A stretch of DNA of 64,000 nt from an uncultured Spirochaetales bacterium (lineage in GTDB: Bacteria > Myxococcota_A > UBA9160 > PR03). The DNA is taken from positions 34,379-98,378 of the forward strand of contig CAYGWM010000002.1 of assembly GCA_964353555.1 (NCBI GenBank). Direction: 5' to 3'. Positions within the stretch are counted from its first letter, which is position 1. The number at the start of each line of letters is the position of its first letter. The position numbers and the translations under genes are program-made. The notes beneath the pieces were generated by a model. The model saw only the letters and a program-made list of their open reading frames with translations, had not been told where the DNA came from and did no database searches. This document shows positions 23,857-32,375 of the stretch, one piece after another.

Positions 23857-25278
23857 CTAGCCCGCCGAAGCTCCCTCCCGGGCGTGGGCAGCGAGCACCT
23901 GCGCGACCGCGCCGGTGAGCCGCTTTGCGGTCGGCACGTGCAGGAACTCGTTCGGGCCGTGCGCATTGGCGCCCGGACCGAGCACGCCGGTGATGACGAA
24001 GTGCGCCGCGGGAAATCTTGCGCCGAGCATCGCCATGAACGGAATCGTGCCGCCTTCGCCCATCGCGACCGCGTCGCGGCCGAACCAGTCGCGCGATGCG
24101 CTCGACAACGCCTCGTCGAGCCAGCCCGCCGTCGCGGGCGCGTTCCAACCCTGCGCCGCCGCATCGCCATCGAAGCTCAGCTCGGCGCCATAGGGCGGGT
24201 CGGCGCACAGGATCTCGCCAATGCGCCGCGTGGCCGTCGCAGCATCGAGAGTCGGCGGCAGTCGCAGCGAGAGTTTGAGCGTTGTCTCGGGGCGCAGCAC
24301 GTTGCCCGCGCTGCGCAATGCGGGTAGGCCATCGGCGCCGGTCACTTCGAGAACGGGACGCCAGGTTCGGTTCAGCACCAGCTCGGCGCCGTCGCGGGTG
24401 ACGGGTGTGGTGCCCGCTGCAAACGGAAAACGCTCGTGCAGCAGCGAACCCAGCACTTGCGCGGCCGCGTGCGCCTGTGCGACCCGCTCTGCGGGAATCT
24501 CGACGTGGAACTCGCGCGGACGGATCGCGCCGGTCGCCGCGTCTTCGAGGCGTTCGAGGAGTTGGCGCGCGATCCGAAAGCTCGACGGCACGATGCCGCC
24601 GGCATCGCCCGAGTGCACACCTTCTTCGAGCACGCGCACGCGCAGTGCACCGGCGGCGATTCCGCGCAACGACGTCGTGCACCAGAGCTGCTCGTAGTTG
24701 CCACAGCCGGAGTCGAGCGCCACGACGAGGCTCGGGCTACCGATCCGCTCGCGCAGGTGATCGATGTAGAAGGGCAGGTCGAAGCTGCCGCTCTCTTCGC
24801 AGGTCTCGATCAGCACGATGCAGCGTGCGTGGGGCAGGCGTTGCGCACGCAGCGCGCGAATCGCCGTCACCGCGGCGAAGACGGCATAGCCGTCGTCTGC
24901 GCCGCCCCGCCCGTAGAGGCGGTCGCCGCGACGCACCGGCGTCCAGGGCCCGAGTCCGTCGCCCCAGCCGCTCATCTCGGGCTGCTTGTCGAGATGCCCA
25001 TACAGCAGCACGGTGTCGTCGATGGCGCCGGGCACTTCGAGTAGCAGCACGGGCGTGCGGCCGGGCAGTCGCACGATCTCGAGTCGCAGGCCGTCGATGC
25101 GCTGCGCGTGCACCCACTCGGCGGCGAGCGCAACGACGCGCTCCAGATGCCCGTGTTGCTGCCAGTCGACGTCGAACGCGGGGGACTTCGCAGGGATCGC
25201 GATGTAGCGCTCGAGCGCCGGGAGGATCGACGACTCCCAGCTTCGCTCGACGAGTTGGCGCGCCGCGTCCGTGTCCAA
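23857..25278 (-). CDS. M20 family metallopeptidase (CNDP/Dug1-like dipeptidase)
   Basis: LLYGHLDKQPEMSGW..PW.P....DRLYGRGGADDGYA..IETCEESGS..HGPNEF are metal-ligand motifs of the M20A family. Confidence 0.85.
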   Translation of the reverse strand: MDTDAARQLVERSWESSILPALERYIAIPAKSPAFDVDWQQHGHLERVVALAAEWVHAQRIDGLRLEIVRLPGRTPVLLLEVPGAIDDTVLLYGHLDKQPEMSGWGDGLGPWTPVRRGDRLYGRGGADDGYAVFAAVTAIRALRAQRLPHARCIVLIETCEESGSFDLPFYIDHLRERIGSPSLVVALDSGCGNYEQLWCTTSLRGIAAGALRVRVLEEGVHSGDAGGIVPSSFRIARQLLERLEDAATGAIRPREFHVEIPAERVAQAHAAAQVLGSLLHERFPFAAGTTPVTRDGAELVLNRTWRPVLEVTGADGLPALRSAGNVLRPETTLKLSLRLPPTLDAATATRRIGEILCADPPYGAELSFDGDAAAQGWNAPATAGWLDEALSSASRDWFGRDAVAMGEGGTIPFMAMLGARFPAAHFVITGVLGPGANAHGPNEFLHVPTAKRLTGAVAQVLAAHAREGASAG

Positions 25279-25280
25279 CG

Positions 25281-26456
25281 CTACTTCGCGTCCACCAACG
25301 CGCGCAGCGTTTCGAGATGTTTGGCCACCGATGCGGGCAGTTGCTCGCCCTGGGATCCCGTGTAGCTGGCAACCGTCTCCTCTTCGAGCACGAGGTAGGC
25401 GTCTTCAGCGAATGGCTCCTTCGGCGCCAGCCGGATCGCGCTTTCGAGGTAGATGTCGGCCTGGGAGACCCAGTAGGTGTCGCCGATGTGCGTCTCCGCG
25501 AGACCGAGCAGGTAGTAGGCTTCCGCGGCGTCGCGGTCCGAGGGCGGCGGTGTCGTCGCAAGGAAACGCTGCAATATGCTCGACGCCACCAGGTAGTGGA
25601 CCAGCGGGCCGTAGTCCGCGGGAACCTTCGCGATGCCCCGGGCGCGTTCGATCAGGTCGCGCGCGGTGGCGAGGTCCGGCGTGCCGCTGCCGAGCGGCGC
25701 CAGTTCGCGCAGCGCGCGCATCCACTCTTCGACGTCGACGCGGAGGTGCCGCCACAGATCGGGGCGCTTCGCGAATTTCGCGAGCGTCTTTGCGGGCCGC
25801 TGGAAGTCGCCCTTCACGCGCACCTCGAGCGTCAGGTACTGGATCAGCGGCGTCAGCAGCTCGCTCGGCGGGACTTTCGGCGACGCGAGCAGCTTCTCGT
25901 AGCTGACGACGGCCTCGTCGAACTGGCGCGTCGCCACCTCCAGGCGGGCGCGCTCGGCGAGCGGCAGGCTCGCGAGCGACGAGCTGTCGACGAAGTGCTT
26001 CGCCGCCGGCGAGTCGCCGGGACTGCGCAGCTTGGTATGGCAGGCCACGCAGTTCTCGGTGGCTTGCTGGATCTGGAAGGCCGCCCCTTCGTAGTGCGCT
26101 GCGCGATAGCGATCGAGCGCTTCACGGGCGTCGTGTTCGAGAGATCCGCCGAGGTAGAGGCGGGCAGGGTCGGTCGCGCGCGCATGGGTCGCGAGCGCGC
26201 TGGCGTTGTCGGCGAGCGCCGTGAGCGCCTGCTCGATCGTGGCGCGGTTCCCGGGCGCCGCGAACTTGTCCTCGCTTGCGCTGAGCGGCAAGAGCACGCG
26301 GATGCTCTCGAAGATCTTGCGCATCGTCGCGAGCGTCGCCTCGGGCTCCGCGTCCGCCGCGCGCGCCGGTGCGGCCAGAGAAACCAACGCGAACCCCAAT
26401 ACGACGGCCAACGCGACGATCCGCGCGAGCGCGCCGAGCGAACGGTTCCACGACAA
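25281..26456 (-). CDS. Secreted helical-repeat protein with a single CxxCH haem-binding motif (putative c-type haem protein)
   Basis: Signal peptide RIVALAVVLGFALVSLAAPARA/AD and one NCVACH motif; the rest is alpha-helical and TPR-like by composition. TTG start. The stop lies 3 nt before the M20 gene start (same strand). Confidence 0.6.
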   Translation of the reverse strand: MSWNRSLGALARIVALAVVLGFALVSLAAPARAADAEPEATLATMRKIFESIRVLLPLSASEDKFAAPGNRATIEQALTALADNASALATHARATDPARLYLGGSLEHDAREALDRYRAAHYEGAAFQIQQATENCVACHTKLRSPGDSPAAKHFVDSSSLASLPLAERARLEVATRQFDEAVVSYEKLLASPKVPPSELLTPLIQYLTLEVRVKGDFQRPAKTLAKFAKRPDLWRHLRVDVEEWMRALRELAPLGSGTPDLATARDLIERARGIAKVPADYGPLVHYLVASSILQRFLATTPPPSDRDAAEAYYLLGLAETHIGDTYWVSQADIYLESAIRLAPKEPFAEDAYLVLEEETVASYTGSQGEQLPASVAKHLETLRALVDAK

Positions 26457-26582
26457 TTGCGTCCCCCCCCACAGCGATCAACGGCCCGCGCGGAACCTAG
26501 CTCCCAGCGGCGAGGCTGACAGGCTACCCGCACCGGATCGGGTCCAGCTTTCCGGCGGTCTCGCCGATGCAAAGGAGTCATC

Positions 26583-28364
26583 TTGTGCGGAGTCGAGGAC
26601 GCGTTGATTGAAGCGATTCAAGACTACCGGCGGCTGCGCGCGCTGCTGGTCGATACCGACGCGGCGGCCAGTGCACGCGTCGCAGCGGAGTTGCGCGCGC
26701 GAGGCATGCTGGTCGTGACCTGCACCGATGCGCCCAGCGCGCTTCGCAGCATGCACGAGGACGGCGCCGACGTGGTGTTGCTGGCGACTCCGCTCGGCGA
26801 CACCGACTGGATCGCCGCGGCCGCCGCGCTGAAGGGCGGGATGGCACCGCCTGCACTGCTGGTGCTCGACGGCACTGGCCAGGCCTCGGAACTGGGACGC
26901 GTGCTGCCAGCGGATCGCGCGCCCGACGCGGTCGTGGCGCGCTCGGCTGGCACCGCGGAACTGCTGTACTGGATGGGCGAAGTGCTGGGCCCGATGGGCG
27001 CTGCGGGACCTTGCTTCCCCGAGATCCTGGTGGCGCTGCGCGCGCGCGGAGATTCCGGGGTCCTCGAGGTGCGCGGCGGGGGCGTCTGCACACGAGTCCT
27101 GATGCGAGACGGCGCGCCTGTTTTCGCTGAGGGCGGCGCGCTGCGTGAGACGCTCGGTCGCATGTTGCTGCGACGCGGTGCGCTGACAGAGGCCGAGTAC
27201 ATCCGGGTGATCGAGCGGATGACCGAGCGCTTGATCGAGAACGAAGCCACGCGCATGGGCGAGGTGCTCGTCGAACTCGGTCTGCTGACGCCGCAGGACG
27301 TCGTCGACGCGCTGTCGATCCAGGTCCGCGAGAAGGTCATCCGCTGCTTCCAGTGGCCGCACTTCGAGCACCACTTCGAGCTGCTGGATGCGCCGCCCGA
27401 CGCGGGGCTCGCCTATGCCTGCCCGCCGGTGGAAGCGCTGGTGCTCGCGGGAATGCGCGAACACTTCGACGCCGCGCGCATCGCGCCGCTCTTCGCCGCG
27501 CACGCCGCGATGCGTGCCCGGCTGCTGCGCGGCGCCGAAGAGACCGCGCTGCGATTCCAGGCAACGCCCGCGGAGCAGCGTCTGCTCCGCGAAATCAACG
27601 GCGAGCGAACGCTCGCTGAACTTCGCGACGGCTCTTGCCTCGACGCCGCGCATTCGGCGCCGCTCCTCGCAGCACTGATCGTGACGCGAGCGCTCGATCT
27701 GGCGGTACCGGCGACGCCATATCGCGTCGCCCGACCGCCGGTCGCCGCGCCGGTGCGCGTGCCTGTGCGGCGCGCGACTTCGCACGCCACGCCTCCGGCG
27801 CCGATTCCCGTGCGGCCTTGCCCCGCGAGCGCGGTATCGCTCTCGAGTCTGCGCCGCGAGCTGGCCAAATCCCGCAACGCGCCGATCGCCGTGCCGCCCA
27901 CCCGCCCCGCGGACGAACGCAGCGCCCGGATCGAAGCCGAACGAGCGTTTCGGCACGGCATTCAGATGCTCGAGCAGTCGGCGCTCGGCGGTGCGCAGAA
28001 GGCGTTCGCGCTCGCGTGCGAGCGGAATGGCGACGAGCCCGAGTACAGGATGTTCGAGGCGTGGGTGCAGGTGCTGAGCGTCAAGGACGAGGAGATGCGC
28101 CGCGCCGCGCGCGCCGAGACGACGATATGGGCTCGGCGCGTGCTCGACCGCGATCACGACTCGGTCCGTGCGCAGACGATCCTCGGTCAGCTCGAGATCG
28201 CCGCGGGCGATCTCGACGGCGCCGAGCGCCACTTCCGCCACGCGCTGCGCGTTGCGCCCAAAGACCGCGACGCGCTGCGCGGCGCCCGTTCGGTCGAGCG
28301 CCGCCGCAGCGAGCAGCCGGCGCCGGCGAAACCCGCAAAGCCCGAGAAACCGAAGAAGCGCTAG
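26583..28364 (+). CDS. Pseudo-receiver + DUF4388 (PatA-like) + TPR protein with Lys/Pro-rich tail
   Basis: N-terminus ALLVDTD...DVVLLATPLGDTDW is CheY-like. Next comes FPEILVALRARGDSGVLEVRGGG..RVLMRDGAPVFAEGG (DUF4388 signature), then C-terminal TPR-like helices, and the tail PAPAKPAKPEKPKKR. Confidence 0.7.
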   Translation: MCGVEDALIEAIQDYRRLRALLVDTDAAASARVAAELRARGMLVVTCTDAPSALRSMHEDGADVVLLATPLGDTDWIAAAAALKGGMAPPALLVLDGTGQASELGRVLPADRAPDAVVARSAGTAELLYWMGEVLGPMGAAGPCFPEILVALRARGDSGVLEVRGGGVCTRVLMRDGAPVFAEGGALRETLGRMLLRRGALTEAEYIRVIERMTERLIENEATRMGEVLVELGLLTPQDVVDALSIQVREKVIRCFQWPHFEHHFELLDAPPDAGLAYACPPVEALVLAGMREHFDAARIAPLFAAHAAMRARLLRGAEETALRFQATPAEQRLLREINGERTLAELRDGSCLDAAHSAPLLAALIVTRALDLAVPATPYRVARPPVAAPVRVPVRRATSHATPPAPIPVRPCPASAVSLSSLRRELAKSRNAPIAVPPTRPADERSARIEAERAFRHGIQMLEQSALGGAQKAFALACERNGDEPEYRMFEAWVQVLSVKDEEMRRAARAETTIWARRVLDRDHDSVRAQTILGQLEIAAGDLDGAERHFRHALRVAPKDRDALRGARSVERRRSEQPAPAKPAKPEKPKKR

Positions 28365-28466
28365 GAGCCTGCCTCGGGATGCGCGGTCGTGCCTGGGGCC
28401 GAACGTCGCGCCCCTGCGCCCCACGCGTCGGCTTTCGAGAGACAGGATCCATGTTGGGCCAGTCGC

Positions 28467-29354
28467 CTAGCGGTGCAGCGCGATCGCCCACGCGATTGCA
28501 AGCGCGGCGAGTGCGCTCGACCCGGCGATCATTTGGAGCGCGCATGACCCGAGCCAGCGCGCCGGCAGCGCCGACGCGATCCCACCGAGCGCTACCCCCG
28601 CCACGAGCCCGAATCCGTGCGCCCAGATGTCGACGCGTTCGCCCTCGGTCCCGAGCATCGCGAGCAGCGCGAGGGCGGCGCCGATCGGCAGCCACACGGG
28701 CCGCCCGCGCAGCGAAGCACGCCGAAGCGCGAGCGCATGACCGACCAGCAGGCCGAGCGCCCCGAACACGGCCGTCGAGGCACCGATCGTCGCATGCGAC
28801 GGCGCCTGCACGAGCGCATTGGCGATGTTGCCGAGCGCGCCTGCCGCGAGCGCGAGCGCGCCGCCGAAGCCGAAGCCGAACGCACGGAACACCGCGGAGA
28901 GGAACAGCGCCCCAGCAGTCGCGTTGCCGAGCACGTGCGCGAAGTCGGCATGCAGCGTCAGTGCGGTGACCGCGCGCCAGGATTCTCCCGCGACGATGCG
29001 CGACGCCTCGGCGCTGCCGCGCTCGCCGAATGCCGAGTCCGATCGGCCAGCGGGTCCCGTCGCGGCGAACAGCGCGAGCAGGAAGGCCGCGACGACGAGT
29101 GCGTGACCGCCGGCATTTGCGTCGATCGGCGCGGGCAGAGCGGGTGGAGGCGGGCTCTCGTTCTCGCGCTGCCAGACGGCCAACGCGTGCTCCGCGCTCG
29201 GCACGTCGCTCGCTGCAACTTCGACGGTGAAGCCCGCAGGGCTGCCGCGCACAAGCGTGCTCAGACCCTCGGCGCTGAGCACCAGCACCCACTCGTCCAC
29301 CTGCGCACGGCGTCGCGACACGCGCAGCACGACGAGCTCGTCGGTTTCGTCCAT
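28467..29354 (-). CDS. Rhomboid family intramembrane serine protease
   Basis: WRAVTALTLHADFAHVLGN (rhomboid H motif), IGASTAVFGALG (GxSxxxF catalytic Ser), a later AHGFG His, and 6 TM helices. Start re-set to ATG 29354 (MDETDELVV) to avoid a 77-nt overlap with the kinase gene. Confidence 0.8.
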   Translation of the reverse strand: MDETDELVVLRVSRRRAQVDEWVLVLSAEGLSTLVRGSPAGFTVEVAASDVPSAEHALAVWQRENESPPPPALPAPIDANAGGHALVVAAFLLALFAATGPAGRSDSAFGERGSAEASRIVAGESWRAVTALTLHADFAHVLGNATAGALFLSAVFRAFGFGFGGALALAAGALGNIANALVQAPSHATIGASTAVFGALGLLVGHALALRRASLRGRPVWLPIGAALALLAMLGTEGERVDIWAHGFGLVAGVALGGIASALPARWLGSCALQMIAGSSALAALAIAWAIALHR

Positions 29355-29379
29355 GGCCGGCCGAGCATCGCACAGGCTC

Positions 29380-31185
29380 TCAGCTGCGCGTCGTTCCCAG
29401 CTCCGGATCGAAGTCCCCATGCGGCGGCAGATGCGCGACGAAGCACGCGCCGCCATCGGTCATGGGACGCAGCTCCAGCACACCGCCGTGTTCGCGCACG
29501 ATGTCGAACGCGATCGAGAGCCCGAGCCCGGTGCCGCGCTCGGGGCCCTTGGTGGTGAAGAAGGGATCGAAGATGCGGTGGCGCAGCGCTGCGGGCACGC
29601 CCGGGCCGTCGTCGCGCACACTCACTTCTACGACGTGGCCGGCCAGCCGCGTGACCACCTCGATGCGCCCGGCGGGTCGTTCCGCGAGCGCATGTTTGGC
29701 GTTGACCAGCAGATTCAGGAACACCTGCTCGAGGCGCGAAGCAGAGCCGTGCACGAAGGGCAGGTCGGGTTCGAGCAGGGCCTGGACCTGCACATCGCGA
29801 TTGCAGTGTAGATCGGCGAGGCGGATCGACTCCCCGATCACGAGGTTCACGTCGACCGGGACGAACTCGTCGCTCGGCACCCGCGAGAAGCGCTGCATCC
29901 CGTCGACGATGCGACGGATGCGTCCGACGCCTTCCTGGCACTCCGCGACGAGCTGGGGCATCTCCGCCAGACCTTCGGTCTCGCCGTCTTCCGGCGCGGG
30001 AAGTCGCTTTGCCACCAACGCCGCCATTCGCTCGAGCTGGCCGAGATTCGCCGACACGAACGCAAGTGGGTTGTTGACCTCATGTGCGACACCAGCCACC
30101 AGGCTGCCCACCGTCTCCAGCTTCTGGCTCTGGCGGAGCAGCGCCTCGGTGCGGCGCTCGTCGGTTCGATCGCGCAGCACCGCGAAGCGCCCGAGCGCTT
30201 CGCCCTCGGGCGCACGCAGACACTTCGCGGTGACTTCGATGCGGCGCTGCTGGCGTGTCGACCACTCGAGTGGCGCGGCGCCGGCATCCGGTGCGAGCTG
30301 TTCGAAGCTCTCGCTCAGCGAGTCGATTTCGGCCGCGCTGCCACCGAGCGGCGCGAGCACTTCGCCGAGGCGTGCGCCACGCACGTCGCTGATGCTGCAA
30401 CCGAGAATCGCGAGCGCGCCGGGGTTCGCGTCGATCAAGCGGCCGGCGGCGTCGGCAATCACGACGCCGTCGCGCAGATGGTCGACTACATCGCCGCGCG
30501 CGAGCGGGAGCGCCTGGAGCAGCTGATAGCGAAATTCCCCGAACGTCAGGATCACCAGCGAGCAACCCAGCATCGCCGGCGTCGGGTCGTATGCCATCGG
30601 CCACAAACGCGCGATGAACAGCAGACTGGCAGTCGTCGGAAGCACGGCGGCGCCCGCCAGCAGCAGGCAACGGGGCCAGCCGTTCGATGTCAGCATGCGT
30701 CGAGCGTTCACCAGGAACAACGCGATGCCGGCGATCACCATCGGGTAGGCGAATGCGAGGTACGCGTAGAAAAGCGGGCCGCGCTGGGGCAGGCCGCGCG
30801 GCGAGAAGTCGCGGAAAAAGAGCTGATGCTCGCGGGTCGTTGCGACCGCCAGCAGCGTGAAGAGCGACGGCACGAACAGCGCGACGGCGAGCGCCGGACG
30901 CCGCTCGAAGCTGCGAATCCGCGCATAGCGCGCTGCCAGCAGCAACCACAGCGGGGGGACCGTCGATACACCGATCCAGGTGAACACGAGCCCTGCGAAC
31001 GCGCTTCGAACGTCCGTCGCGGCGAATCGCCAGATCACGCCACCCGACCACACGATCAGCGCGACGAACATCGCCAGCAGCGGGACGCGCAGCGGCGCGC
31101 GCCGCGCGCGGAGCTGGACATAGGTGGCCAGCACCGCGGCGACGAGAAGCGTCAGGGCCGCCTGGAGCGTCGCGCCGAACATCAC
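29380..31185 (-). CDS. Sensor histidine kinase (N-terminal 7TM domain, PAS, HisKA, HATPase_c)
   Basis: About 7 N-terminal TM helices and a PAS-like segment (VVIADAAGRLIDANPGA). H-box VAHEVNNPLAFV, N-box LNLLVNAKHA, G-boxes RDDGPGV and GTGLGLSIAFDIVREHGG. No cognate response regulator lies adjacent. Confidence 0.88.
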   Translation of the reverse strand: MMFGATLQAALTLLVAAVLATYVQLRARRAPLRVPLLAMFVALIVWSGGVIWRFAATDVRSAFAGLVFTWIGVSTVPPLWLLLAARYARIRSFERRPALAVALFVPSLFTLLAVATTREHQLFFRDFSPRGLPQRGPLFYAYLAFAYPMVIAGIALFLVNARRMLTSNGWPRCLLLAGAAVLPTTASLLFIARLWPMAYDPTPAMLGCSLVILTFGEFRYQLLQALPLARGDVVDHLRDGVVIADAAGRLIDANPGALAILGCSISDVRGARLGEVLAPLGGSAAEIDSLSESFEQLAPDAGAAPLEWSTRQQRRIEVTAKCLRAPEGEALGRFAVLRDRTDERRTEALLRQSQKLETVGSLVAGVAHEVNNPLAFVSANLGQLERMAALVAKRLPAPEDGETEGLAEMPQLVAECQEGVGRIRRIVDGMQRFSRVPSDEFVPVDVNLVIGESIRLADLHCNRDVQVQALLEPDLPFVHGSASRLEQVFLNLLVNAKHALAERPAGRIEVVTRLAGHVVEVSVRDDGPGVPAALRHRIFDPFFTTKGPERGTGLGLSIAFDIVREHGGVLELRPMTDGGACFVAHLPPHGDFDPELGTTRS

Positions 31186-31226
31186 GCGGTCTCATCGGCC
31201 CGAGGGGCCGTGGGCGTGAGGCTGTC

Positions 31227-32132
31227 TCAGCCGGCGAGGTAGCGACCCGGCTCGACCTCGCGGACCTCGCCTGCGGCCAACAGGCGCTCGAGATGCTGCG
31301 CCATCGAGCGCGCCTCGACGGGTTCCGCGAACGAAATCGGGTCCTCGGGGCGGTAGACGAAGCGATGCCGGGCGATTTCGGCGAGCGACCGCGGCGCCTC
31401 GCGCAGGTACGCGACGAGACGTCGCTCGCGGTCGGCGATCACCGCCTCGAAGCGATCGAGCCGGTCGAGGAACGCAGCGCGCTCGTCGAGCACGCCGATG
31501 TGATGGAAGGTGGCCCAATGGCGCGGTGCGAGCGGTCGGAGCGCCGCGAGCGTGCGCTCGAAATCGCCGAGGTTCGACCAGGCATCGCCGTAGTACGGGC
31601 CGAAGCTGGAGAGATCGACATCGGCGAGATAGAGCACGTCGTCGGGCTCGATCCAGAAGAACGAGTGACCGCGCGTGTGACCCGGCGCGTGCAGCACGCG
31701 GATCCGCACGCCGCCGCCGAGATCGAAGACCGTGCCGTCGCAAAACGGCTGTGCGTCCTGCCGCGCGACGAAGTGGAACTCCTCGACGACGACCTTGCGA
31801 AAGGCAGAATGCACCGGCTCGGGATAGCCGTAGATCGCCATCATCCCGTCGAGTGAGCGGATGCCGGGCAGGTCGGCCTCGTGCAGGTGCCAGCTCGCGT
31901 CGGGAAACAAGTGATTGCCCGCGATGTGATCTTCGTGGCAGTGGCTGTTCAGCACGCGGTCGGCGTGCGGGAGCGCGTCGCGTCGTGCCAGCATGCCGAG
32001 GCCGGGATCGATCACGACGCTCTCGTCCTTGCCGCGTACGAGCAGGGAGTTCCCGTGCGGGTACTTGCCCCCGCGTGCGCCGAAGAGCACGGTGACGGAG
32101 CCGATGCGGCGCTCGGGCAGCGATTCACTCAT
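31227..32132 (-). CDS. MBL-fold metallo-hydrolase
   Basis: HCHEDHIAGN (HxHxDH motif), later HAPGHTRGH, with a C-terminal winged-helix-like tail. Confidence 0.8.
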   Translation of the reverse strand: MSESLPERRIGSVTVLFGARGGKYPHGNSLLVRGKDESVVIDPGLGMLARRDALPHADRVLNSHCHEDHIAGNHLFPDASWHLHEADLPGIRSLDGMMAIYGYPEPVHSAFRKVVVEEFHFVARQDAQPFCDGTVFDLGGGVRIRVLHAPGHTRGHSFFWIEPDDVLYLADVDLSSFGPYYGDAWSNLGDFERTLAALRPLAPRHWATFHHIGVLDERAAFLDRLDRFEAVIADRERRLVAYLREAPRSLAEIARHRFVYRPEDPISFAEPVEARSMAQHLERLLAAGEVREVEPGRYLAG

Positions 32133-32186
32133 CGAGCGCCACGGTACCGCGCTTCAGCGACGCGCTCGATCGACCGAGGACGACGC

Positions 32187-32375
32187 ATGGCACGAAGCTC
32201 CGATCCGGCTGTGACGCCGCCCCGCAGCGAGACGCGGGCGAGCTTTGTCGGCGTCGTCTGCGCCTGGTGCCGGGCCGCGATGCTGCGCCCCGGACCGAGC
32301 GTGCGCGGCCCCTCGGTGAGCCACGGACTCTGCGTGCCGTGCGCGCGCCGACTCGCCCGCAGCCACCGTCGTTAG
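32187..32375 (+). CDS. Small (62 aa) zinc-ribbon-like protein, CxxC...CxxC
   Basis: ATG 32187 within track ORF 31881..32375. The sequence is MARSSDPAVTPPRSETRASFVGVVCAWCRAAMLRPGPSVRGPSVSHGLCVPCARRLARSHRR. It has high GC3 like its neighbours and fills an otherwise empty 240-nt gap. The pattern (V)CAWC...SHG(I/L)CxxC recurs in small bacterial proteins. Confidence 0.45.
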   Translation: MARSSDPAVTPPRSETRASFVGVVCAWCRAAMLRPGPSVRGPSVSHGLCVPCARRLARSHRR

